NCBI RefSeq assembly: GCF_964204645.1
Contig: NC_134027.1
Coordinates: 17,012,560 to 17,076,559 of the forward strand
DNA from: Tubulanus polymorphus
Taxonomy: Eukaryota; Animalia; Nemertea
Length of the DNA: 64,000 nt
Direction of reading: 5' to 3'
Shown here: piece after piece, positions 37,715-50,866 of the stretch
Layout: each line of letters starts with the position of its first letter
Position numbering within the stretch: position 1 is the first letter of the stretch
The notes under the pieces: generated by a model
The model's database searches: none
Seen by the model: the letters and a program-made list of their open reading frames with translations, nothing else
Told to the model about the DNA's origin: nothing
Position numbers and translations under genes: made by a program

Positions 37715-40700
37715 TCATCTAAAGTATTCATAGTATTCATCTAAATTGCAACCATATGCAACTGTATGAATTCCATCATCTAAAATATATCTTTTATCAT
37801 CAAATGGGTTTAGACTTATCTTTTCAATTTCTTCAATAAACATTTCATGATCTTCAGATCTTAAACATCTCATCTTATGTTTTCTAACTTCTTCATTGAA
37901 TATACAATTGATGTAATCTTTGAAATGAATATTCTTTTCTACTTCACTTTTGGTTATTCCTTTTAACTTTTTAGCTTCATGTTCTTTAGTTTTATATGAA
38001 TACATTTTAGATCTAATACCAATGAATTCAATCATTTCTTCACCACCTAATTCATCTTTGAATTTACCGGGAACTTTTTTATTATCATTGCTAAACAATT
38101 CATGATCTTTAGGATAATTACTGAAATCAAAATGATGTTTTAATATTTTTATATCATCAGTTATGTTATCAGTTTTTATCTTTAATATGTAATAATCTGT
38201 ATCAAAATACAAGATTTCTATATGTTTTTCTCCAAAAAGTGGTTGTAATACATTATAATAGAATTCATACATTAGTAATTTTGATAATTCTAAAACTGAA
38301 GCGCCAACATAGATTGGTTTATTAAATTTCATTGATGTTCTTCTCATCTTAACTGCAGCTAAATTTTCATCAAATATTCTGTTACCAATGAACTTAGGAT
38401 ATGTTTGTAAATGTCTAATTCTTTTACCATTACTGACTAACTCAATATCATTTCTATTTCTAATATTTTCACAATTCTTACCATAGAATGCATTATTCAT
38501 TAACTTGAAGAAATCTTTCTCGAAATCAGTTTTAGCTTCAGTTCTCTGTTTGGTGTTAAAATCTATATATTTTTCTAACCACTTAGATTGACTAAATGAA
38601 ATATATCTATGTACTTTTTTTAGAATCATTCCTTGATTCAAATAAAACTTTAACATTCTATAATGTACTACATAATTATATTTATCTTCTTGAGTTACCA
38701 TTAACTTTTCTGTATGAATATGATTTTCGGGTTTAATTCTTTTTTGATTATTTGATAATTCTTCATGAGTTACAGTTTTATGTTTGGGACAGTAAGCTAG
38801 ATTTCTAGATTTAAATTTAATATGTTCAGGATATTCTAAATCTACAACAAAGAAGTAACCAGTATCTGAATCATCTGCAATATCTAGAATTCTTTTCTTC
38901 CAATCAAATTTATCATTATTTTCATGTTGTAAAACTTCACTTATTTCAAATACTCCATAAGGTTGTGGTTCCATCATTGCCCAACCATACAAATTATTTG
39001 CATCTATATATAATAACTTATATCCAGGGTTATTATTTACATTCAAATATCTATCCCCTAATACACCTGAAACACCTCCTCTTATAGATTTTTCAAATAA
39101 TAGTAATTGATCTATATTTGTTAACAAATCCATTTTTATATCTGTAAATTTTAATCCACAATCCCATGTTAATCCTGGACTTGAATAACAATGACAAGGA
39201 TCAATATTAAAATATTTTAGGTTTACATCTCTAAACCTTTCGAATATATCGGTTAATGATAATACATCTGATTTTAAAAATAAATCTACTAATTGCCCAT
39301 GATTTTCTATTTTGAAATGATTCCAAATATTCAATGTTCTATTATATACTTCATCTTTAACATATTCATTTTTTAATTCATCATAGACTTATTCTTTCAA
39401 TAATTCAGTTATATTGAAATCATTATGTGATTTATAGAAAGAATATGGAATTGCGCCTTTATATCTCATTAATTGAAAATCATCATTATTTGGGTAGTGT
39501 TGTTTTAATATTTTCAATTCATCATCACCTAATGATTTTGATAAGTTATCTAATGAACTATTTAAAAATCTATATGAATCTATAAATCTTAAACACCCAA
39601 ATTGGAATGATATATAATTCTGAGATGTTTTAGCTAACATTCTAAATTTATAAGTTGGTATTTTATCTTTTGATCTATTTGAATTTACTCTTTCTATTTC
39701 ATTATTAATTTCTTCTATTTATGGCATAACTGTTTGATAAATAAATGCGCATCATATCCTAGATAGATTATGAAATATAACTGGTACAAAGTTAATTTTC
39801 TTAGCTTGTAAGTTACAATTCTCATGTGCAGCGCCTCTAAACTTTCCGTTCGAATGATCATGGTCTCTTACTTTTTTATCTCTAAAATTAAATATCTTTT
39901 CACAATAATAACATTTATCTGTAAACACAAATTCTTCTTTATCTTCTTCTGTCATTATAATTTCTATATTTGTATTCAATAATTTACTAAATCTTATTTC
40001 ATATTCAATTAATAAGTCACACAAATGATTGATAACATTTTCATTTCTGTAATTATAATATTCACTTTTAATTAGTTCTGGATAATCAGATTTAATATAT
40101 AACCCGAAAGCAGCAGCTGATTGATGAATCTTTTTGATAGTATTTGTTTTTGGTGGTTCATCTGAAAAATCATTTTCATTAGAATTTAATTTCTTTCTTT
40201 TATAATATATTTCTTTTCTATCTTGATCAGTTAGTTCCTTATTTAATGATTCAAAATCTCCATATATTACAAATGGTACTTTATTTTTGTAATCATATTT
40301 TTTGAATTCTAATATTTTATCCTTTTCATTTGGTAAAACTAATTTACAATGATCATGATTTTCACATAATTGTTTATGATTTAATAATGTACTTTCATTA
40401 CTGAATTTATGTAAACATTTTCTACGTAGATATATTTTATTATGGTGATCACTTTCTGTTCTAAAGAATAAATCTATTTGTTTAATCCACATATAATGAT
40501 TCTCATAATATAATATATCTATAACATCGTTTGAATCATAATCTTTTGATAGATATAAAGGTTCTAATGTATAATGTTTTATATTGTTACCTTTTGTATT
40601 TGGTAATTTGATTAAATCAAATACATTTATTCTTAAATTATTATCTCTTTCTATCTTTGGGATGTTTTTAATTCTAACAGGATACTTATCTATCTTATAA

Positions 40701-41701
40701 TTATTTTCAAATGGTTTATAATGAGTTAATATACAAATATTATAAGTTGCAGGATGTAAACTACTTATAATTGTCCATAGAAAACATTTATCATCTTCAT
40801 TTTGTACTATTACAGCATTAGTTTTAAATGGTAGTTTGATATAACTCGATGCTTCAATATCTGGTTCTTTATAATATGATACATTATTTTCATCAATTGG
40901 TTTTGATTTAGTTAACTTATTATATTTTGTGTTATAAACATGTAAAGTCATAAATATTATTTCATCAAATATCAAACCAGATCCTTCAAAATATTTCTCT
41001 TCTATTTTAGTTTTTACTTCATTATAACATTTATCTTATTTATCATCTATATGTTGTTTATATATAATATGTTGTGAATGAGAATTTATATTATATATTG
41101 GTTTATCTTCAGATTTTATAAACTTTACTTTAACCGATATACTAATTTTAGGATATTCAACATCAGTTATTATTTTTATTATTTCTTTCATATTTTCTAA
41201 ACGTTTTTTATTTTCTTCTAATGTTTTTCCTTTATGAAATTTAAACTCGATTGCTGCTGGGCCAATATCACTTTTAAATGCTTCGGTTATCTCTATGTCT
41301 TTTTTATTATCTAATGAATTAATATAATTTCTTACATCTTCCATGTATGGTCTTTTATTGTTTAATTTATGTTTTATGCTTTTAATTGTCTTCTGTTTCT
41401 TATCATTATCTTTATCAAAATAATCTTCACCTAAAATAACATTATTCATATTTCTAATATGACTTTTAGATTTTAAATGTTCATTATAATATCTTTTATC
41501 ACTGAATGATTGATTACATGTATCACATTTGTATGTTTCTTTTTCATTCTTTAATTCATCTAATTTAGTTTCTAATATATCATCTTTATATTCTAGTTTC
41601 AATTTATTCTCTAAATGTGTTTTAGTTTTATTGTGTCTTGCTTTTTGGGATTTATCTATATTGATATTACATGTTGGACAGTAGTACTTATTTGCTTCCA
41701 T
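37715..41701 (-). pseudogene. polB: Protein-primed family B DNA polymerase of P2 (Zn fingers, OTU-like C/H domain, exonuclease with endo VII insert, polymerase)
   Basis: YIDANNLYG, KLMNNAFYGK, YFDTD, GKFKDE, KLKGI, FDDKRY; N-terminal C2H2 fingers; DKCFLW..HY; split by a few stops and frameshifts. Confidence 0.97.
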
Positions 41702-41760
41702 TTTAATACTAAAATTTTTATTAAAATTGATTTTAGACGTTCAATGATTTATATCATGTA

Positions 41761-42117
41761 TTATTTAAATCACACTTTACTAACACTTTTAATGTTAAAA
41801 AATCTAACTCATACAAATATGAATATTGAAATAATGTTGTAAATATATATCTATATATCTATTCTATAAGAGCTTACACTTTTATATTGAATAATCTATC
41901 AATTTAAATGTTATTCATGTTTATGATTATTTTAAGAGTAATAGGGGTAATAGGCTTTCAGGTTAAAGGTTGAATGGTCGAGTTCATTAAAAACAAATTA
42001 TTAAAAGTAATTTAAAACTAAAATATATTTTCATAACCGTATGCATTTCAGTTGAATAATAGAATAATTATTATTATTTGAATATATTTGATTATATGAA
42101 TTTGTGTATTGTAATAA
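41761..42117. repeat. Right TIR of P2
   Basis: Reverse complement of 19501-19856; stops just before the palindrome loop. Confidence 0.92.
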
Positions 42118-43700
42118 CGACGGATTTTTTCTGTCTTTATACATATTCAATTTGTCTATGCTCAATATTTAAACAGTCATCAAATAGCTGCCTGCATTTC
42201 TCAATAAAATCGGTATATGCTAGGTCGGTGTCATTTGGAGTAATACCTCATACCAATTTTCTGTCATAAGCCGCCTTCTAAATAAGTTTGTATTTCTATC
42301 AGGATAATTCCTATAGCTGATATATTTGGGTTTCACATGGGTAATTTTCATATCAAATGTTGTGAATATCGGCATGTGATCAGAAATGTCAGACATCAAT
42401 ATGCCTGATTTACAAGTACAATTAAAGTTTATAAAAATATTGTCAACCAAAGTGGAAGACTTACTCGTAGTACGAGTTGGTTTATCTAAGGGGAACAAAA
42501 TATTTACAGGAGAGAGAAGAAATAACATTATTAGCTAGTCGGTATATGCTTGTCATTAAAAATATTTATATTGAAGTCTCCCATGAGATTCATTCTATCA
42601 TGGTTAGATAATTAATATAAAATGGTAGAAAATCCCTCTCAGACTAAACAAAAATGATACCTTGTTTCTCCGCAGCGGCCGGGTCATTTTTGTAAAATAT
42701 GATAACATTTGTAAACAGCTTATTTATATAGCGGCCGGGTCTGTTATGGTAAAATTGATCACGATTTAAAAAAAAAATTGTAATGTATAGGGTAGATAGG
42801 CAACTTTTGAGCTTTCCAGAGCGGAAAAACAAGGTATCAATTTTCTTTAGCCTAAGAAGTTGTTAATATTCAGACTTGGCGGTCTATAGAGCAAACCAAC
42901 CAGGAATTTTCCTATTGAACCTGGGCTATTAATTTCAATCATGTCAAACTCTATGGACATAGACTCAAAGACTAAATAAGATCTAATTCTTTAATTTAAC
43001 TGATTCTTCACATAGAAAACTAAACCACCTCCTCTACTATTTTTTCTACTTTTAAAAAAGGACTTATATCCATCCAGATAAAACATGCTATCATTATCAT
43101 ATTCGCTTCTGGTCCAAGTTTCTGTTAATCCGATTAGGTCAAATCTAGGCTTTTAGTAATAATTGTAACTGGTTAAAGTTTTTGTTAATGCTTCTAATAT
43201 TTGCATGGAATAATTTAAGTCCCTTTCGGGTCACAGTTGATAAATTAGTAATGGAATAGTAAAAACAGTCGAACTGATTCATGAAACCAATTGAAAGTTT
43301 CCAAATGTAAAGTAGTCTCCAAATGATAGCTGTATAGACCAGTCACATAGCTTATCAAATAAATACATGTCTATTGTAGAAATTGGGATTAAATGCAGGA
43401 TCATTATGGTAGCTTAAGCTATCGATGCAAGTTGCTAGCTACAAATAAATGCACTATTAATTAATTATTCACAAGACTTAAACCGTAAATTATATTGTTT
43501 GAAAAGGACAATTAAAAACGGTTGAAGTTTTTCGTTCTGCTGATTTCCCGCTCTAACTGCAAAAACATTACCATTTATAGTCCACACATTAGAAAAATGT
43601 TTTCTCCTCACGGTGCGATTCACTAACTGCGAGATTTCGGGGGCTAAGTCTTCTTTAATCGTTATTCCTGTGTCTTTAACAATTTTTTGTTAAAGTAAAT
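42118..43700 (-). mobile_element. CR1/L2-group LINE, ORF1 end and APE endonuclease part
   Basis: LIGLTETW, GGGL, YRPP, MGDFNI, PTR..STLVDNIF, ISDHMPIF; ORF1-like IKEDL..VWTING at ~43560-43670. Same strand as the RT part at 18250-19321. Confidence 0.85.
42641..42853. mobile_element. MITE (TIR ..CTAAA-AAAATTGATACCTTGTTTCTCC)
   Basis: ~30-bp TIRs; second copy at 56515-56736. Confidence 0.8.
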
Positions 43701-43819
43701 ATTATTTCGGATTTCACGGTTGCTGAATTTTATGATGATGCTATCAGATGATGTTGATTTTTGCCTGTTCGGAACACGATGTGCTGTTTCGATATCTGTG
43801 CGTTCGATTTGTACGTCTA

Positions 43820-45771
43820 TGATATTCACGTGAATTATTCTTTTTTTCCCTTTTCCACACTATTTTCGTCGAAAGAACGTAGGCTTTTTACCTATCCGCT
43901 GTTTCCAACACAATCCTTTTAATTCCATTGTGCTCACTTCGATCTACAGATACTCCGCGCGTATTTTGATGAATCGACGTTACAAAAGCACTGTCGGGCC
44001 GTAAACATCGAAAATTGAACCCCATTCAATGAGACAACGTGAGGAGTCGTCATCCCGAAATCCACTTGACCGATCCACAGGATATTTACTGCTCTAAATA
44101 TTATAGGCACTGTCGAGCTGAAAAGATCGATGAATCAACGTGTGTCTTTACATCGTGGATCGGCTGCGAGTTCTCCTCGTCATGAGAATCAAATCAAGTA
44201 CAAATACATTTATTACTCCCGGTGATTTGGCCGCGGGCTTCAAACAGTTAGTATTAACAATATTCTATTTTCCTTTACAAAATTTACCGGATATTTATTA
44301 CGATAAATCGTAGTCCGTAGGCCTAAACTAAACACACCGAACAGATGCAGCTGAGAGCAAAATAAATGAATTCATTACTGTAATTCGGCCGCGGGCTTCA
44401 GCCATGTATCAATATTCTATTTTTCACACAGTACACACCGATCTTTACCAAATCCAGAGGATATTCACTAAATAACTGTATATAACACATTCTTTTCCGT
44501 AAGCTGGACTCACGCTTGATATTCGGTGTGTTTATTGAGTTGTGCTACTTTTAGGCATACGTGCTTACTTGAAATACAAACAAAATTTGCAATAGAAAAT
44601 CCGGCAACATTGCCAAGCACGTAGTACAAAAGATTTGTTTCTTCGTCTAAAAATGAAATTGATTTTACAAATAGTATACAACATGAGACCTAACCCAGTT
44701 ACATAGAGGTGTAGGAATACGATGTTTAGGAGGGTTAAATTGCAATAGGCCTGAGACTCGTCTGTCCGGACGCGTAGGCCTATAAAAGCTGAACATGAAG
44801 ATTTTTTTTGAAAAGCTGTTAGCATTCGTCTGAGCAGGCAGCTTTGTAAACCAGAGTTTTCATTTGAGTTTTTTCGTCAATAATGAAACTTGCATTTTAT
44901 TGTTCCTGATGACCTTAGTTTTCATACGGAGCTCCGAATGATAAGAGCTTTTTTTGTCTATGAATATCTTTTCGTTCGAACAAATTTTTTTTTGTCAGAA
45001 CAAAAAGTTTTTCGTTCGAACCAACAATGTTATCGTTCAAATTTCATTTCGTTCGAATAATACATTTTAAAAAATCGAAATTGTTCAATCAAACAAAATC
45101 TTTTTCATTCGAACAATTATTCGAACAAAATTGTTTTCACTCACCAATTTTTTTTCAAAAGTTTTTCGTTCAAAGAATAACATAGCTCTTATTCGAACAG
45201 ATTTTTTTGTCAGAACGAAAAGTTTTCCATTCGAATCAAAAATATTTTAATCAATCGAACAAAATTCGTTTGAACAAAACCTTTGAGGCAAAATTTGTCG
45301 GAACAAAATTGTTTTCGCTCAACATATTTTTTGTCACGGCAAAAAGTTTTTCGTTCGAATAATAACAGCTTTTTATTCGAAAACATCTTTTTATTAGAAC
45401 GAAAAGTTTTCCGTTCGAATAAAAATTATTTTGTTCGATCACACAGAATTGTTTTCATTCGAACCACATTTTCTCATCGGAACATTAAGTTTTACGTTCG
45501 TTTTTAAGTATATTGATCCATCGAAGCGTTTTTCATTGCAAAGAAAAGATTTTCGTGGAACTAAATAGTATTTTCATTATAATGAATAATCTTCATTCGA
45601 TCGAAATAATCTTCACACTCGGACACAATAGGTAGAATATGAACTTGGGTTTTCTTTGTATCCAATCTGCGTCAGCATACACGCGATCGTGGTCGACCGA
45701 GTATCCAGACAAGATCAAGCATATGAACAAAGCTAAGCAAAAAACCTGTTATCGCTGCTTTTTAGCTGTAT
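43820..45771 (+). mobile_element. Old non-autonomous Helitron2 copy
   Basis: 43820-44540 is an inverted, diverged homolog of the 12340-13400 block; 44970-45500 matches 5770-6240 inverted; degenerate 3' end AAAAACCTGTTATCGCTGCTTTTTAGCTGTAT. Confidence 0.7.
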
Positions 45772-46736
45772 CATATTTTGATATTCTATGTTTAGATATT
45801 CATTTTATTGTGTATTATAAAACAATTAAAACAAAATGTTATTCCATATTCATTTTTAGCATTGGTTGACGTCTATGAAGTCATGCCAATGCTAGTAAAA
45901 TTGATCGAAAGTCGTAGTCTAATTTCCATAGAAACTTCAAAACTCCGTTCTCGTAAAAACATTAGACACAGCTGTAAGTTACTCAAAATAATATGTCAAT
46001 TATTCACTACCAGATAGTGTCGACAGATTTCTGATCTAATGGCCTAAAAAGTTATTCTATCGCATTTTCTCGTTAGTTATAGAAATACTTAAAATTGAAT
46101 AAAAAAACTTAAATTTATCTAACTTTTGAATAGAAAAACATAAATTTATCTAACCCCGGTATATAAATACCATAGTCTTTAAATATCAATGTTATTCCTC
46201 CTATCAGAAGCAATGAAACTAATTGGGATTTATTCTCAGCGGCAGAATACATATTTTTAGAGCAGTGGAACGGATGGCATACTCATGACTGAAACCCGTA
46301 TGTGATCGCGCAGGAACGCCCTTTCTAAAGTTAAAACTATTTCATGATGACACGAAACATCAAACGGTAAACAGTACCACCCAACCATGTATTGGAGAAA
46401 AATGCCATTGTTAAATACGCCGAGAATAACCATGTTGTATCATCAATCAGTTGACTGACAGTTTATTGTAAAATTCCATCGGTTCGGCTATATTCTACGA
46501 TAAGTTTTCACTTAAAGATGCTCGCCCGCTTCCTGCTCACTGACGAGCGGGCGGTAGCAGCACTTACACACTCGGCAGATAGATTCGCTTTGTAATGCGC
46601 GCAGGGAAATATATCTTTTATCTTTTCCATGCGTTGAACACCACAACAGTGATTAAATTTACACGTTGTTTGTCGTAAATTGCAATATTGCGGTGGTTAT
46701 TTGCCGCTACTGTAGTTTTTTGGAATTGAATCGAGC

Positions 46737-46920
46737 AGCCTCGGTAGCTCAGTGAAATAAGGCGCGATGCTGTTGTATCCACTCTATCAGTGCTGAGTGA
46801 CAAGTGGGTCCTGTTGGCTGCTTTAAGTGTGCGGGCAACAATTCAAATGCCGTCCCGTCGTGAGGTTAAATGGACAATCCAAAAGGGTTAAAAACCTATG
46901 TCCGAACGACGTTAACAACC
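46737..46920 (+). mobile_element. Degenerate tRNA-derived SINE
   Basis: GGTAGCTCAGTG A-box, weak TTCAAATGCC B-box, GACGTTAACAACCAAC tail. Confidence 0.4.
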
Positions 46921-48551
46921 AACGAGAGGCCCATGGGACTTATACCTTCATGGCGCAGTAGAAGAAGACTGATTCAGTATTCAGAGTTGTACAGAAAGAT
47001 TTACATTGTAACGATGTAACAAGTTTTAAGATGGTATGTGGCGATAATGTTCATTTTCTGTTAATATATCCTTACATGAAAAGCTGCCCGAAGATCACAC
47101 TACATGAAAAAATGCATCAAGAATTGGTGTAGGCATCGTGCTGAAAAGAAATCCAAGATGGATGGCAACTCAATTTTCAATAAGGGGTAGACATTTCACC
47201 TACCAAAATTCTTACACCTAGTATCATGAAAATGCATCAAGAATTGAAGGCCGTTTCATGCTAGAAATAGAAGATGGCTGACCTGGCGGCCATATTTGAA
47301 AGCCGATGACTTCCATATACAAATGGCATGGACAGCTTACCTACTCTGATCCTCACACCAAATTTTGTGGAGGTCCATGAAGAATTGCGGGCTGCATCGT
47401 GCAAACAAGAAATTCAAGATGGCCACCCCAATGGTAGCCATATTTGATCACCAATGACATTTTTTTACAATAGGGGTGGACATCTCGCTAGACCCAATCT
47501 TCAAGCTAATTTTGAAAAAGATTCATCGCAAATTACAGGTGAATTACTGCGTCGAACTTAATTCAATTCCAGAGGGCCTGGCTTAGGCCTATGCAATAGG
47601 AAGGAGTCAATTAAGATTAGACTTTTTGAAAAACCAGCACAGATGCCTATTCTAATCACATGTAATTAAAAAGTTCAGTGCTTCTTAGTTTGATGTGCCC
47701 GTTTTCATCGCGCACGTGGTTAAGATAACTGTTTACATCGAACGTCTTCAACCGCACCCGCATCTGTCAATCATCTTAATTGATTCATATACTAAAATGC
47801 TCACTATGAAAAAACTATGCGGTGAATCAATCCGGAATTTTTCAGTAGAATGTAAGATACTAGGTACCCTTCTTTAAAGGTTTATTTGTTGTATGTCATT
47901 AACACTCTGTATTATAATACTTTATTAATAACTTTGAAGCGGCGCGCCGGTAGCGAACGCTCAAGCAAGGTGAGTCACGTAGGCCAACGATCACACGAAA
48001 CGGACAACGGTTTTGCCGGTTAAGAGCGTCTCTCCACATAAATTAGAGGGACTGTAATAGACCATTTGTTGACACTAACCTTTAATAAACTTCGTATGGA
48101 TACGATCAAGATAATTCCACCCTATAATTCCACTATTAAACGATCGACGCGCAGCTTAAACATGGCGCCGCCATTTAATACGCTAGTCACGATCTATCGC
48201 TACACACATCAAAATCACACTTGAATTACAAGTTTTGACTTATGAGAAACGAAATCTAGCAACTTGATTGGGAAAATAGCAGAACTATAGTTGAAAAAGT
48301 TGATAAACCACCTCCGACTATCTGATCATTTAAAAGCTTTACCATCACATGGAACTATTTCCGCCTTATGACAGGTGCACTCTACCGCCGTGATTCGCCA
48401 AATCAACGATAAAAACTTTCCCACGGTCTTACTATCGGCATTTTCAAATAATTTAGGGATAATTTAAAAATAATTTAGTGGCGACACGAAAATGACGTCA
48501 TCGACTCACTACCCTCTTATAACTTTCATGACTACGCCATGAAGGTAAAAA
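46921..48551 (-). mobile_element. Non-autonomous Helentron/HINE, different family
   Basis: ATIR TACCTTCATGGCG (46943) / CGCCATGAAGGTA (48535); short palindrome CCCATGGG at one end, terminal hairpin plus A-run at the other; internal CAAGATGG../GGCCATATTTG tandem units. Confidence 0.75.
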
Positions 48552-49210
48552 CACAAACAAGCAATCATCAGCCTGCCTCAGTGACACCAACGTCGGCATT
48601 GCTCTCCGTGCGACATCTTGATGCGTCCGGCTGATCTACCTATTATGCATCACAGTTTTTTTGCATTCAGAAAAACCGTTCTGTTTTTGTTTTCATTATT
48701 AAGCAATAGGGCCCAACTGTTCATGGAAGAAAAACCACAGTCAGCCGAGATTACCCTTACAGTTGTACGTTGAATATTTTACTATACTTTCGCTGTTATG
48801 CGAAAGTTTTTCTGTAGTGATCAACAATAGATTGATTGACTGAAATGGCAATGGCAATCCTGAAAACTTGAGTCGGTGTTACGGCAAACAGACTATTATT
48901 TTGGGATGGCCTAATGTCATAATGTCCATATCAAAAAATTGTCATACATGTACCATCAATCAATCTCTATTGAACAACATAAATTTTCTTTCATAGGAAG
49001 CACAATGTTTTACAATGAACATGTATACTTCCAATGGAACCACATAGGAGCAATAGGGATAATAGGGGTTCAAGCCAAAGGTCGAAGGGTCGAGCTCACT
49101 CTCCCCTTCAACCTTTGATATGAACCCCCATTATCCCTATTTATTGTTATAAAAATGAAGATAGAAGAAGAAGAACCCAAATTCAAAATCGAAATAAAAG
49201 AAACCAATAA

Positions 49211-49621
49211 ATTCTAATCACATGTAATTAAATAGTTCAGTGCTTCTTAGTTTGATGTGCCTGTTTTCATCGCGCACGTGGTTAAGATAACTGTTTACAT
49301 CGAACGTCTTCAACCGCACCCGCATCTGTCAATCATCTTAATTGATTCATATACTAAAATGCTCACTATGAAAAAACTATGCGGTGAATCAATCTGGAAT
49401 TTTTCAGTAGAATGTAAGATACTTGGTACCTTTCTTTAAATGTTTATTTGTTGTATGTCATTAACACTCTGTAATATAATACTTTATTCATAACTTTGAA
49501 GCGGCGCGCCGGTAGCGAACGCTCAAGCAAGGTCAGTCACGTAGGCCAACGATCACACGAAATGGACAACGGTTTTGCCGGTTAAGAGCGTCTCTCCACA
49601 TAAATTAGAGGGACTGTAATA
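49211..49621 (+). repeat. 411-bp direct copy of 47649-48059 inside P3
   Basis: Near-identical sequence; produces twin 60-aa ORFs at 47695 and 49257. Confidence 0.95.
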
Positions 49622-49800
49622 TTTTTTAATTCTGTATATCTAATTTTACAAGAATCATAGAATTCTAACATCTGTTTTAATGAGTAAATCGAGAAAGAAA
49701 ATAAACCTGTAAGCATAATAATTGATTTAATATTCTTTTGATTTTTATATATTAGATGTAATATTTCGAATACCTTATTTTCATTCATTTTTATAGTCAA
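49622..49800 (-). pseudogene. Small hydrophobic ORF of P3, 3'-truncated by the duplication
   Basis: MNENKVFEILHLIY..IIMLTGLFSFSIYSL; reads into the copied segment. Confidence 0.4.
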
Positions 49801-50196
49801 AATATATAGAATAAATTAAATTAAAAGATGCTGTTTTAATCCTTATATCATTTAAATCATTAACTTTTTTATTCTTCTTATTTCTGTGATTTTTTCCATT
49901 TAACTTCTTTAATTTCTTGCTCAATTCATTATTTTCATTAATCAAATCTTTCGAAATATTCTCATAGTAAAAATATAATGCTGCCAATATTAAACTCGAG
50001 CAACTAAATAATGTTTCAAATCACTACTTCCGGTTGGTATGTTGAAATCATACATCTATTTAAGAAAACAATTAATAAATTGATAAATATATTTAATATT
50101 TTAGAAATATTTAACTTCTATATGTTTCAAATCAAATAACAATTAAACTTACTACCCAACAGTTATTCATTAACTAATTTCCCAATGCTTTAACTA

Positions 50197-50866
50197 CTAT
50201 ATATTTGAAACATACAGCTTAATCTTATTCAATATAGAATTATTATTCTTTTCATATTCTATATGTTTGATTGTCTGAAAATGTCTTGATTTATGTGATT
50301 TTAAATATTTGCCACCACAATAACAATACACTTTTTCATTAGGATTGAATTTTCTAAATTCATCATCTAAATTACATTGAACTGCAACATCTTTGAACGA
50401 TTTTTCATTATCTAATTCACATTGAATACCAATATTTGATGAATTTTCATTATAGGTGATTTGTTTATTATCAAAATTGAAATAATATAATTGTCTTTTT
50501 TCAATTCGTAAGTTAATCAAATCATTGTAATCTTTAGAAAGTATTATATCACTCTTTCTTTCATTGAAAGGAGTTTTAAGAATATTAATTATGTTTTCAT
50601 CTAAAGTTCCTTTAGAATTTAAAACTGTATTGAACATTTTAGGATTTTTAACACCATTATCAAAAGTATCAATTAGTTGAGTAATTAAATATGTTTCATT
50701 TGATGATATTTGATTAATCATAGTAATGTTATCAATTTTATAATACCTTGCGGACACTAAATTTGTTGCTGAAATATAATTTTTAACTGTGAAATAACTG
50801 TGAAAATAATTTATGGGTTTCTTTTATTTCGATTTTGAATTTGGGTTCTTCTTCTTCTGTCATCAT
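50197..50866 (-). pseudogene. P3 protein with C-terminal CxCGGxY..RH..TxKH zinc finger
   Basis: 186 open codons plus a frameshifted N-terminus MMTEEEEPKFKIEIKE; motif CYCGGKYLKSHKSRHFQTIKH. Confidence 0.65.

Larger units (their letters stand above)
19322..42117. mobile_element. Polinton/Maverick P2, near-complete but inactivated (~18 kb without the Helitron insert)
   Basis: ~355-bp TIRs (19501-19856 vs 41761-42117); convergent arms encoding integrase and ATPase (+) and pPolB, minor and major capsid (-). Both outer ends are truncated and no TSD is visible. Confidence 0.95.

Noticed and set aside
47695-49439. Twin 60-aa ORFs as a duplicated gene
   Set aside because: GTG starts within a copied repeat segment; no coding features.
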